Origin: Candidatus Bathyarchaeia archaeon
Lineage (GTDB): Archaea; Thermoproteota; Bathyarchaeia; Bathyarchaeales; DTEX01
Assembly: GCA_038882715.1 (NCBI GenBank)
Contig: JAVZNR010000002.1
Location: 21,093-85,092 of the forward strand
Length of the DNA: 64,000 bases
Direction of reading: 5' to 3'
The notes under the pieces were generated by a model, which was not told where the DNA came from, did not search any database, and worked only from the letters and a program-made list of their open reading frames with translations. Below, piece by piece: positions 1-8,736 of the stretch. Positions within the stretch are counted from its first letter, which is position 1, and each line of letters opens with the position of its first letter. A program made the translations under genes and the position numbers.

Positions 1-438
1 AGCAAATCAAAGATTCCAATAAATGCTGAAACAGCGCTCCGGTTTGTTCTATCCAATGATGCGGTCGCAACAGCTATTCCGGGAATGATGAGAATTGAGG
101 AGGTTGAAGAGAACGCGCATGTGGGCTACAGCTTTTCATCGTTGAGTGAGGAAGAGAAGAAATCCATTGTGGAGGCGGCTGAATCCCTGAGCAGAGAGTT
201 CTGCCGCGGATGCGGGTACTGTCAACCATGTCCCCAAGGCATATTAATACCGATAATATTGCGTCAGCTAGCATACTATAAACATTATGGTTTAACGGAT
301 TGGGCTAAATGGCGGTACAGGATGGTTGAAGTCAAAGCCAACTCATGCACCCAGTGCAGCCAATGCGTAAAGAAGTGTCCATACAGCCTCAATATTCCAG
401 AAATGTTGGCGGAAGCGCATTCCCTCCTATCATCATAG
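1..438 (+). CDS. aldo/keto reductase, C-terminal part with Fe-S-type Cys clusters (5' end outside window)
   Basis: Frame 1 is open from base 1 (SKSKIPINAETALRFVLSNDAVATAIPGMMRIEEVEEN, a typical AKR C-terminus). Two Cys clusters follow: CRGCGYCQPCP and CTQCSQCVKKCP. Confidence 0.7.
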   Translation, partial: SKSKIPINAETALRFVLSNDAVATAIPGMMRIEEVEENAHVGYSFSSLSEEEKKSIVEAAESLSREFCRGCGYCQPCPQGILIPIILRQLAYYKHYGLTDWAKWRYRMVEVKANSCTQCSQCVKKCPYSLNIPEMLAEAHSLLSS

Positions 439-503
439 AAGGATAGGAGAAATATACGTGCTTCTTAAACTAACGTTTAGTAACGCTCAGTTGTAGATGC
501 CCT

Positions 504-1121
504 ATGTCGATAAAAAACCTTTTAAATGAGATATCTTCAAAGAGCGCGCCCGGCCCCTCCCCATCCTTTAATACGCTGGATTTAATAAGGCTGCTTAGGC
601 TACTGGCTGAATCCGGTAAAGCCGGGCGCATAAAAATATCTAGGGAGCTAGGCTTAGGTGAGGGGGCAACAAGGACTATGCTTAAAAGGCTGTCTGAAGC
701 CGGCTTAATAGTAACTTTAAAAACCGGATGTTCGCTCAGCGATAGAGGGAGATCCCTCTGGAATAATATTGCGAAGATTATACCGAAGATTGTCGAGATT
801 GGAAGCAACGAGCTAACCCTAGCACCCAAAAGCGTCGCCATACTGGTTAAGGGCCGTGCCGATAAGGTTAAGAGCGGGATTGAGCAGCGGGACGCTGCGG
901 TTTCAATCGGCGCAAAGGGCGCTGTAACAATGGTTTTCAGAAATAACAAGGTTATTATTCCGGGCGTTAGCGTGGATCTGGAGAGAGACTATCCATACGC
1001 GTTTAAAGAAATAATGCGTTTGATAAATCCGAGTGAAGGCGACGTCATAATAATTAGTAGCGCAGACTCTCTTATAAAAGCGGAGTACGGCGCGTTGGCG
1101 GCGGCTTGGTCGATAATATAG
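504..1121 (+). CDS. putative winged-helix regulator with uncharacterised C-terminal domain (DUF4443-like)
   Basis: 205-aa ORF. The N-terminus, LIRLLRLLAESGKAGRIKISRELGLGEGATRTMLKRLSEAGLI, looks like a wHTH. The antisense ORF 470-949 is low-complexity. Confidence 0.45.
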   Translation: MSIKNLLNEISSKSAPGPSPSFNTLDLIRLLRLLAESGKAGRIKISRELGLGEGATRTMLKRLSEAGLIVTLKTGCSLSDRGRSLWNNIAKIIPKIVEIGSNELTLAPKSVAILVKGRADKVKSGIEQRDAAVSIGAKGAVTMVFRNNKVIIPGVSVDLERDYPYAFKEIMRLINPSEGDVIIISSADSLIKAEYGALAAAWSII

Positions 1122-1123
1122 GG

Positions 1124-1888
1124 CTAGTACGTGATTTTTTCCCCGCGGGTAAAAATTCTCTCTAAAGCCGCGTTTAAGTCGATAAAGCCACTATTAGTTT
1201 TAGATGAGACGGGTATTAGCGGAAAGTTTAATCCCAACTGGCAGATTGCCCTGCTTAACCTGTGGCTTAGTAGGCGCCTATCCCCGTTAAGCCTCTCGTT
1301 TATAGCTGACTCTAAAGCAGCCCTATCCTCAGACCACTCGATAATCGTGTCAACATCCTCTTGCGAGATAAGGTCACATTTAGAGAGCACATGAATCTGC
1401 GGGAGAAGAAAACGCATGTAGACGGCTGCTGAAAGAAACATGTTTGAAACATAGTTAAGCGGGTTTAACGAGAAGACAGCGTCAAACAAATAGATTACGG
1501 CTTTCGGATCCTTACTGATCTCGCTAGCTATATACGGCCCACTAGCCCTAAAGGCGAAGAGCTCCATTTGCCCGGGGGTATCAACAAGCAGAATGTCTGG
1601 GCCTACGGCTTCGATCTCTTCCCTGATCTTCTCTATTTCGCCAGCTATTAAATCCGCAGCCATTATCAGCGCTCCGTTCGGGCCAAGCTCATACTCATCC
1701 ATTATCTCATCAATAGTTATGTAGTCGCGTATGTCTATGTCTGGCGTATAGGGCAGCTTTATCACGCCTGGATCAAGGTTCAACGTTGCAACATTCTGCT
1801 CATTCACCCTCAACCACTCGGAGAAAGCCGCCGTTAATAGGGATTTGCCTGAACCAGCCGTCCCTATTATAAACGCTATGAAGACCAT
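1124..1888 (-). CDS. GPN-loop GTPase
   Basis: Walker A GTAGSGKS, GPN motif (ELGPNGA), DTPGQ, SKCD. Confidence 0.85.
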   Translation of the reverse strand: MVFIAFIIGTAGSGKSLLTAAFSEWLRVNEQNVATLNLDPGVIKLPYTPDIDIRDYITIDEIMDEYELGPNGALIMAADLIAGEIEKIREEIEAVGPDILLVDTPGQMELFAFRASGPYIASEISKDPKAVIYLFDAVFSLNPLNYVSNMFLSAAVYMRFLLPQIHVLSKCDLISQEDVDTIIEWSEDRAALESAINERLNGDRRLLSHRLSRAICQLGLNFPLIPVSSKTNSGFIDLNAALERIFTRGEKITY

Positions 1889-1947
1889 GCTCAGCCATCC
1901 ATCTCCATAAAACTGGCTCCTCTAGGGGTAAAGGTAAAGGGAAGGGA

Positions 1948-2781
1948 TCAAGCCTGTATTGGCCTTATTCTCCCTCCCTTATCTGATACTAGTTCCGACA
2001 TCTGCATAATCGACCTTTCAATTCTCTGCCTGGCCACATTTATATCTTCAGACGTCGTCGAGAAATGAAGCTCTATGTAAGATGTTTTCTCAGAGATCTT
2101 GGGATGTGACTTTATATAAACGTAAGGGTTCTCGCGCATAACCTGCTCTATTAAAGGCGCTAAATCCGACTCAGGAACCCCTCTAACCTCTAAACTAGCC
2201 TCATAGAAAACCATGTTTCCAGCAACTTCGCGTAGAAGCGGCGCAACAGACTCATCAAATATAGCCATCATCTCCTGCGGAACCCCCGGAAGCATAACCA
2301 AGTTTACATCCTCATGCTTGACGAGAACCCCCGGAGCCGTTCCAACTGGGTTTGGCAGAGGCTTTGCGCCCCTCGGCAACGTCGCCATTTTAATCCTATA
2401 CTTCGTTAGCTCGAATTTCTTTATTCTGCCCTCGGCAACGTACTGCTCATATCGTTTCTTAATCATCTCTAGGGCTTCTTTATTCTCCTCGAGATCGCAG
2501 CCTATGGCTTTAGCGACCCCTTCAAGAGTTTTATCGTCGAATGTGGGGCCTAATCCGCCAGTCGTTATAATGAATGATGGTTTACGTTGAATGGCTTCTC
2601 TTATGGCGGAGGATATTTCGTCTAAGTCGTCGCCGACAACGGTTATTCTTCGGACAGATAAACCTAGACTCGTTATCCTTCTAGCAAGCCAATGAGCGTT
2701 AGTGTTTAAGATCTTGCCTATAAGCAGCTCGTTTCCAATACATATTAGCTCCACATAACGATTAACCGCCGACAAATCCAT
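1948..2781 (-). CDS. CinA-like molybdopterin-binding (MoCF) domain protein
   Basis: ICIGNELLIGKILNTNAHWLA and TTGGLGPTFDDKT motifs of the CinA/MoaB-type domain. Confidence 0.75.
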   Translation of the reverse strand: MDLSAVNRYVELICIGNELLIGKILNTNAHWLARRITSLGLSVRRITVVGDDLDEISSAIREAIQRKPSFIITTGGLGPTFDDKTLEGVAKAIGCDLEENKEALEMIKKRYEQYVAEGRIKKFELTKYRIKMATLPRGAKPLPNPVGTAPGVLVKHEDVNLVMLPGVPQEMMAIFDESVAPLLREVAGNMVFYEASLEVRGVPESDLAPLIEQVMRENPYVYIKSHPKISEKTSYIELHFSTTSEDINVARQRIERSIMQMSELVSDKGGRIRPIQA

Positions 2782-2877
2782 CGCCTCAAATATTCCTCTT
2801 AAATAAAAGGGGAAATAAAAGGATTATTTCCGAGAGTAGGGAGCTGGGTGGGTTTAAGCCTTTTGATTCCGCTTAAA

Positions 2878-3105
2878 TCACTTCTTCTTTGACAGCCACC
2901 ATTGTAGATATTCTTTTCTCATCTTTTTTCTTTCATCTTCATCCATATCCGCCTCAAAACGCTCCCTAGATTTCTCCTTAATCTCAATAAGCTCCTGATG
3001 CGTGAGAGAGAGACCGCAGCTCCTACATACATAATGCTTAGTTCGACTTATGTAAAGCATCTCGCCTCCACATTCAGGACAATATAGCATGACTAAACCC
3101 TTCAA
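2878..3105 (-). CDS. small zinc-ribbon protein
   Basis: CPECGG...CRSCG pair followed by a charged helical tail; 75 aa. Confidence 0.5.
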   Translation of the reverse strand: MKGLVMLYCPECGGEMLYISRTKHYVCRSCGLSLTHQELIEIKEKSRERFEADMDEDERKKMRKEYLQWWLSKKK

Positions 3106-3234
3106 TTTAATCTAAAAAACTAAATCTAACAAAAATACCTTTTGGTTAAAAACTAAAACAATGCTGTCACATAAGCGGAGAAAAACTTTTAGATAGCATG
3201 CAGCCTTTCAATTTTTGGGTGAAACGAAGCAGAT

Positions 3235-3323
3235 GCCGGGGTGGCCGAGCGGATAAGGCGCTGGACTCGAGATCCAGTGTCCCCTCGCGGGACGCAAGGG
3301 TTCGAATCCCTTCCCCGGCGCCA
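3235..3323 (+). tRNA. tRNA-Ser (anticodon CGA), CCA encoded
   Basis: - Acceptor stem GCCGGGG/CCCCGGC.
- 3-bp D stem.
- Anticodon stem CTGGA/TCCAG with loop CTCGAGA.
- Long variable arm GTCCC..GGGAC.
- T arm AAGGG-TTCGAAT-CCCTT.
- Discriminator G followed by CCA. Confidence 0.9.
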
Positions 3324-3380
3324 AATTTGAAATGGGGCTTAAAATTGGCTCTGTTGTTAGGGTCTTGTTTTGCTGGTTTG

Positions 3381-3411
3381 GGACTGTCCCGGGACGGTCC
3401 CAGGACTGTCC
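3381..3411. repeat. three 9-bp near-palindromic sites GGAC(T/G)GTCC spaced 11 bp apart
   Basis: GGACTGTCC at 3381-3389, GGACGGTCC at 3392-3400 and GGACTGTCC at 3403-3411, read directly from the sequence. Confidence 0.7.
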
Positions 3412-3725
3412 TATCCGGCCTATTAGGAGGTTTTCGAGGTATTGGTTTATGCCCATCTCCGCCTCTCGTGCTTTAGCCTTCAGCAGCTCGTAAACCTCTT
3501 TCTTCAGGGTTAAACCGACCATGCCGGGCTTAGGCATAGAAGTATTCACCTCTTAACGTTTTAAAATTAGGCGTTTTGGCCTATAAAAAGACTGCATCTG
3601 AAAGGTTCAGATTTTCTGGTCTTGCCGATTGATGAGGAGATGGCATAGCCCGAATAAAGGAAAACGCATATAACGTGCTCAAAATTTTTAACTTCTCCGT
3701 TTTGGTGGTTTAACTAAACGTCAGC

Positions 3726-4151
3726 TTAGGCTTTCTTTTTTCTTTTCGCTTCCAGGGCTTTCTGCATTTTCTCGCATCGTTCATACCATAATTTTTCATA
3801 CTCCCTTTGGGATACAACCCTATTTTTAAGGTCAGCTATGGTGCGTATTCCCTCATTCTTACACCATTCGACACAGATCCTGTAGGCGTCCCAGTCCAGC
3901 TCTTCATCCTCCCAGTAGACTGGAACCTCTGAAAAACCGTGTAGGAAGGCTGCGAAAGCCCTTGTGTGTCCATCAACAAAGATAACATCATCTCCAAGCC
4001 TCTTAACTGGTATAGGCTCCATCGCCGTAGGGTTATTAGCGTCAAATGTCTTCATAACTTCAGATAGCTTTTCAGAGCAGATGTAAAGCTGGCTTGGCTG
4101 AATTTCGCTTAACTTCATCATGAACACTTTATTTGCCACATCAAACGCCAC
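3726..4151 (-). CDS. ParB/Srx-like domain protein (element cargo)
   Basis: PIPVKRLGDDVIFVDGHTRAFAAF resembles the ParB-like DGHHR core; 141 aa. Confidence 0.55.
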   Translation of the reverse strand: MAFDVANKVFMMKLSEIQPSQLYICSEKLSEVMKTFDANNPTAMEPIPVKRLGDDVIFVDGHTRAFAAFLHGFSEVPVYWEDEELDWDAYRICVEWCKNEGIRTIADLKNRVVSQREYEKLWYERCEKMQKALEAKRKKKA

Positions 4152-4607
4152 ACATTATATCATCGAGTTTTATTGGCAGACGGACATATGTATTTTTTCT
4201 CAACTGAGAAAGTTAAACAATGTTTAAGGTTTTTATGGATCTGAGTTCTCTTTATCCCATCATGTGTTTAGTTTTTTCATTAAGGTTCATGGAGGGTTCG
4301 CTGCATCTGATTCTTTTAGCGGCGCGTATGAAAGGTTTAGGCTGGAAAGTACATGTGAAATTTCGGTCTGAACTGTTCAAGACTCTTTGTTCTTTTCAAA
4401 CATATAAGGTTCTGTTTGAGCCAATATCTTAAGGTGTCCGGTTTGTGGTGGGGATATTAGGGGTAAGCTTTTGGGGGGTGGAGTTTTAGGTTTTATAGGG
4501 TTCGAGTGTGAGGAGTGCGGGGCTAAGTTCAACCTTTATGAGAGTTCAAGGTCGAAGTTCACTATTCCCAAAGCAAAAGGCTAACTTAAGCGTGGGGGAC
4601 GGGTTTA

Positions 4608-4835
4608 GTGGGTTTGGAGGCTGAGGTTGAGAGCAAACTCTATCATTATATTCTTAGCGTTCTGGAGAAGAGGGGCTTCACTATTGATGGTGTGAGGTTT
4701 GATGAGCCTAAGACCCAGTTTCCTGTTAATGGTCGTAAAGCTGATTTAGTAGTTCTTCTGGCTGGGAGTAAACCTCTTTTAGTTATTGAGTGTGACGGAG
4801 AGTATGAAGCAGTAAGCTCTCAACGCCAATTTTAG
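4608..4835 (+). pseudogene. truncated PD-(D/E)xK nuclease-like fragment
   Basis: GRKADLVVLLAGSKPLLVIECD looks like a D...E-x-K core. The ORF stops after 75 aa with no further domain. Confidence 0.4.
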
Positions 4836-4887
4836 CATGAGAGGTACTGCTAAAATTGATACCCCCTATACCTTTTCCGCATATTCG

Positions 4888-5735
4888 TTACGAAGTCTTA
4901 CAGGTTTGTAGATTTGCCTTCTCTCTAAGCCCCCTGAGGTAAGCGGCATATCTGGGATAATAGGTTACCGCTTGTTTTAGCAGGTTCATGTAGTGCTTAG
5001 CGCAGACCTTAATGGGCGTCCTGCCCTGGATAAAGTCGGCCACGCTCTCAGGTATCTCCAGCTCCACCATCTTATCAAACGCAAATTTCCGTAGATATTT
5101 TAATTGGATTATGCCCCTTGCACCACTCTTCTCGCCAATTTTCTTTGCGGTTTCATATGAGATTGATCGCTTAATATTGTCAAGCAGTCTCTTAGTATAC
5201 TCTGTTATGAAGGCTGCATAAGTGTTCTTATTCCCCCTTAGCATCCTGAACTGAGCGACGTAGAAGCCATCATGAGTCTCAAGCCTAACGCCCCCACCAT
5301 TATAGAGCTTTAGGAACTCAGTAGCCTCAATAACCCCTTAAGCCACTGTCGAGCATAAGGTTAAAGAGAGTTTCGTAGACGCCTTTATCCCTAAGCGCCC
5401 TTAATGATTCAATAATCTCTCCCTCGCTTGGAACCCTAACATTAACCCAACAGACACCTTAGCAGGCTCTTACGCATCAAGGTTAGATAGAAGGAGTCAT
5501 AACCCTTAACTTCAAGGAAACTGAAAAGGTTCCTAAGAGCATTAACGAGGTTCTTCCTCTGCCCCATAAACATCTTAGAAACATCGCTGGGAGAACCTAT
5601 AGGCTGCCTAAGGAACCGATCCAAATAACTAACCATCGTTTGAATATAGTCCTCCGTAACGCCCTTAGCCCTAAACCAAACAAGAAACTCGCCCCTAACA
5701 CCGTTATAATCAATCGCTTGCAGACTCGAGATCCA
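4888..5735 (-). pseudogene. tyrosine-recombinase integrase, int(C) part, frameshifted
   Basis: Three frames carry consecutive integrase-like segments:
- WISSLQAIDYNGVRGEFLVWFRAKGVTEDYIQTMVSYLDRFL...
- VNVRVPSEGEIIESLRALRDKGVYETLFNLMLDSGLR
- VIEATEFLKLYNGGGVRLETHDGF...YLRKFAFDKM...FIQGRTPIKVCAKHY

Frame changes fall near 5445-5465 and 5333-5345. Confidence 0.75.
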
Positions 5736-5880
5736 AACAAAGTTCTCGCCTTATTTTCGGAAAGCAGTTAATTTTGGGCCGATATATCGGTGTAAAAGTT
5801 TAGGTTTCTTGGGGATAATGCAAGTATAATTAAAACGTTAATTGGAGAAATAAGAAATGTTTATTTAGGTATGGTGTGGG

Positions 5881-7125
5881 TTGATTATGTCTAAGCCCTT
5901 TAGTGGAGAAGAGTTTTGGAATATTCCGCGGGACGATAAAGAGGTTTTGCGGGAGCTTGGGAGGAAGGTTTTTGAGATAGCCACTTCAAGCGTTAATGAA
6001 GAGTATATTGAACTGCAGGAGAGCATAAACAGGCTGGAGATGGTGAAGCCAATAATATATGTTTACGAGATCCCTTGGCATGAAGTGAACGTTCATGGAG
6101 AGCTCGACCTTAAGACGAAGCATCCGCTCTGCCGTATATATGAGGAGAGGCTGAGACGCATAATATATAAATGGGAGCATGGTCTCGGCGCCCCGGTCGA
6201 CGACCCGAGGTTCACTTATCCAGGCTTAGAACCAGCGATCATACAGCCGCTTCAAGACTACATTATTGATTCCGGCTATGGCATACAGGTAGAGGAGGAT
6301 ATCGTGAAGAAGGATGAGAGAAACCCCATTGTATCTCATCGCTTTCACGTGCAAATTAAAAGCGAAGAAGACATCGAGAAAATTAAGATGCCTAGGGTCG
6401 CATTTGATTCTGAGCGCGCTGAGAGGGATTTTCAGGCGCTATGCGATATTTTTGATGGGATTATACCCGTAGAGAGGCGCGGTGTATCCTCATTCTGGTT
6501 TGCGCCATGGGACGAGATCGTGCAGTGGACGGGCGTGAAGGAGATTCTCATAGATATGTTTCGTAGACCGAGCTACGTCCATAAGCTCATAGATAGAATG
6601 GTTGCAGCATGGCTACATAGGTTAGAGCAGTACATGAGGCTTGGTTTACTGAGAGACGACCCAATGAAGCTCTGGGGGGTGGAAACAGCCCAGGTCTTCG
6701 CGGCGGCATCCCCAGCTATGCACGAGGAGTTTGCTTTGAAGCATGAGAGACCATGGTATGAGAAATGGGGATATAATTATTACGGCTGCTGCGAGCCCCT
6801 ACACCATAAGATTGACATCCTGAGAAGAAATGTTCCAAGGCTAAGAAAGATTTCAATAAGCCCATTTGCAGACTTTAAACGGGCTGCTAAAAACATCCGC
6901 GATGAATTCGTAATCGCTTGGAAGCCGAGCCCCGCGGTTTTTGCCGCGTCGATCTGGGATCCTGAGAGCGTGAGGAAAGATATTGAGGAGAAATTGAGGA
7001 TAGCTAGAGAGTACAACTGTATAATCGAGATCCACATGAAGGATATAAGCACCGTTAATTACCAGCCTCAGCGCCTATGGGAGTGGGCGCAGATAGCTTC
7101 TAGAATTGCGGAGAAATATGTGTAG
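5881..7125 (+). CDS. URO-D-like (uroporphyrinogen decarboxylase/MtaA superfamily-like) protein
   Basis: 414-aa ORF. The C-terminal half (FAPWDEIVQWTGVKEILIDMFRRPSYVHKLIDRMV...YYGCCEPLHHKIDIL...ISISPFAD) has URO-D-like barrel features. Assigned by eye only. Confidence 0.45.
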   Translation: MIMSKPFSGEEFWNIPRDDKEVLRELGRKVFEIATSSVNEEYIELQESINRLEMVKPIIYVYEIPWHEVNVHGELDLKTKHPLCRIYEERLRRIIYKWEHGLGAPVDDPRFTYPGLEPAIIQPLQDYIIDSGYGIQVEEDIVKKDERNPIVSHRFHVQIKSEEDIEKIKMPRVAFDSERAERDFQALCDIFDGIIPVERRGVSSFWFAPWDEIVQWTGVKEILIDMFRRPSYVHKLIDRMVAAWLHRLEQYMRLGLLRDDPMKLWGVETAQVFAAASPAMHEEFALKHERPWYEKWGYNYYGCCEPLHHKIDILRRNVPRLRKISISPFADFKRAAKNIRDEFVIAWKPSPAVFAASIWDPESVRKDIEEKLRIAREYNCIIEIHMKDISTVNYQPQRLWEWAQIASRIAEKYV

Positions 7126-7163
7126 CTTTTCTATAACGCCTCAGAAGATGGAGGTCTAGCTAA

Positions 7164-7841
7164 ATGCGCTTAAACGGCCGCGCCGTTAAGAGGATGAGTA
7201 AGCGCTTGCCCCTCTCTAGTGATAGGATCGCTTCCCCGAATCCAGTTTTCGTGATTGAGCATCTTGAGCCTAAGGTTGGAAAGTGGCTTTATTTTGAGTA
7301 TGCAAACGCTTCTAGAATTGTCGGTAGAGATAGGCTGATCTTTACAAATGTTAAGAGAAAAGAAGACGCTAAAGTCCTATCTGATTTAGGGGTGGTTAGA
7401 CGCGAGAGTTTCTCTGAAATTTTTAGCCCTGAGAAGATCATAATCCTTGACCCTAAAGCCTTAGAGAGGCTTAGGCCCGGTGACTTTACGGATAAGGAAG
7501 CCGTCATAGTTGGCGGGATTCTCGGCGACAATCCACCTAGGGGAAGAACGAGAAAACTGGTGACGTCTAAGGCTCCGAGCGCGTTATCTAGAAACATCGG
7601 TGAAGGACAATTCTCCATTGACGGCGCGGTCTATGTGGCTAAACTGGTGAGCGAGGGCGTTAAGCTGGAGGATATACCAGTTAAAAGAGGCTTGCACATA
7701 CGGATCAACGATAAATTCGAAATATATCTACCTTACCTGTATCCTCTACGTGATGGTAAACCAATTATAAGCGACGATCTAGTAAATTACTTGATGTCAA
7801 ACGAAATAGTTCACGATGAGGAGAAGATTTTAGGGGAGTAG
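7164..7841 (+). CDS. predicted SAM-dependent RNA methyltransferase (DUF431-like)
   Basis: FVIEHLEPKVGKWLYFEYANA and VIVGGILGDNPPRGRT resemble the DUF431 family. The true start may be an internal Met. Confidence 0.5.
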   Translation: MRLNGRAVKRMSKRLPLSSDRIASPNPVFVIEHLEPKVGKWLYFEYANASRIVGRDRLIFTNVKRKEDAKVLSDLGVVRRESFSEIFSPEKIIILDPKALERLRPGDFTDKEAVIVGGILGDNPPRGRTRKLVTSKAPSALSRNIGEGQFSIDGAVYVAKLVSEGVKLEDIPVKRGLHIRINDKFEIYLPYLYPLRDGKPIISDDLVNYLMSNEIVHDEEKILGE

Positions 7842-7852
7842 TCGGCTACAGC

Positions 7853-8581
7853 CTACATTTTAAACTGTACTCCACCGGAATCAAGGATTACGGTTCTCGG
7901 AGGATTAAAGGTTGATTTAATGGTGAAAACTTTTAAGCCCTTAAGCACGGCTCTTTCCAGCAGCGCCGCGAACTCTGGATCCACCTCAAAATTTGGTTTA
8001 ACTATTAGCGCATCGGGTCTCTGGACTGAAAATATTAGCCCGGATTTGAACCCATACCCCAGCAGCGCTGTTAGCTCTATTGTGTGTTGTCTTCCCCTCT
8101 GTGTTGGTGCGTCGGGAAACAGCGCAACGGAGTCCATGACGTGAGTTACGCATTTAACCTCAATATAAAATACTTCTGAATCCTTTTCCGCTGCAAAATC
8201 TAATCTAACCCTTGAATGTTCATTCGGCTCAAAATTCTTTTTAATAATTCTGTAGCCATTTAGATCTCGAATTAACCCTGCTTTAATCGCTGTCTCGGCG
8301 AGAAAGTTTGAGAACTGAGCGTCCACGATGATTGGTAAAGCGCCGTGTTGAATTGCAAACATACTATAAACACTTTTTGCTCTTGCGCTGGCTCTCGCCT
8401 TCCGTCTCCTAAAGTACGCTGTTTCCCCGGAGCACAGCACTGTCGTAAGTCTACCTGAGTTAGGTAGATGCGCGTAAACTTCTTCACAGTCGACTCTCGC
8501 TAAAACCATGAATCGGTTCAATCTCTTCAAAAACTTTCCCGCAATGAGTTCGAAGTCGAGAGTTATAGGCAGTTTACTCAT
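7853..8581 (-). CDS. sfsA: SfsA-family nuclease/sugar fermentation stimulation protein homologue
   Basis: FLKRLNRFMVLARV...AHLPNSGRL at the N-terminus, with a PD-(D/E)xK-like core (YIEVKCVT). Confidence 0.8.
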   Translation of the reverse strand: MSKLPITLDFELIAGKFLKRLNRFMVLARVDCEEVYAHLPNSGRLTTVLCSGETAYFRRRKARASARAKSVYSMFAIQHGALPIIVDAQFSNFLAETAIKAGLIRDLNGYRIIKKNFEPNEHSRVRLDFAAEKDSEVFYIEVKCVTHVMDSVALFPDAPTQRGRQHTIELTALLGYGFKSGLIFSVQRPDALIVKPNFEVDPEFAALLERAVLKGLKVFTIKSTFNPPRTVILDSGGVQFKM

Positions 8582-8736
8582 ACCTAACCCGTCATGTAAA
8601 GCGTGTAAACTGAAGGCTTCACTTTACGCTTTAAAACAGAAGGTTAATAAGTTTTAATTAACCTTTTTTCAGTTTAGTTCAAATCAATCTCACGTCTAAT
8701 GGATCTTAATGCCAAATAGCGTTAGAGGGCTTTTAA

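Larger units (their letters stand above)
3208..3549 (-). pseudogene. integrase N-terminal fragment, int(N); ORF runs antisense through the tRNA
   Basis: GTG-start ORF with an RHH-like N-terminus ([33 protein letters not shown]). Codon 92 onward reads the att repeat as W-I-S-S, then tRNA antisense. It is in phase with the int(C) fragment at 5735. Confidence 0.55.
3264..5735. mobile_element. decayed integrated element (SSV-type integration into tRNA-Ser)
   Basis: Bounded by the 13-bp direct repeat GACTCGAGATCCA at 3264-3276 (tRNA anticodon arm) and 5723-5735. Integrase fragments lie at both ends and read the repeat in the same frame. Cargo genes are truncated or lack starts. Confidence 0.65.

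Noticed and set aside
3198-3476. 92-aa plus-strand ORF covering the tRNA-Ser
   Set aside because: It is read straight through a well-folded tRNA gene and its translation is G/R/S/L-rich. It is spurious.
4220-4432. 70-aa ORF in the element
   Set aside because: The peptide is hydrophobic and low-complexity, with no motif and no ribosome-binding context that I could see. There is not enough support.
4420-4587. Zn-ribbon-like reading frame (CPVCGG...CEECGAKF...) in the integrated element
   Set aside because: There is no ATG, GTG or TTG between the upstream in-frame TGA (4417) and the first Cys codon. It is probably a decayed cargo gene. I mention it under the element rather than calling it a CDS.
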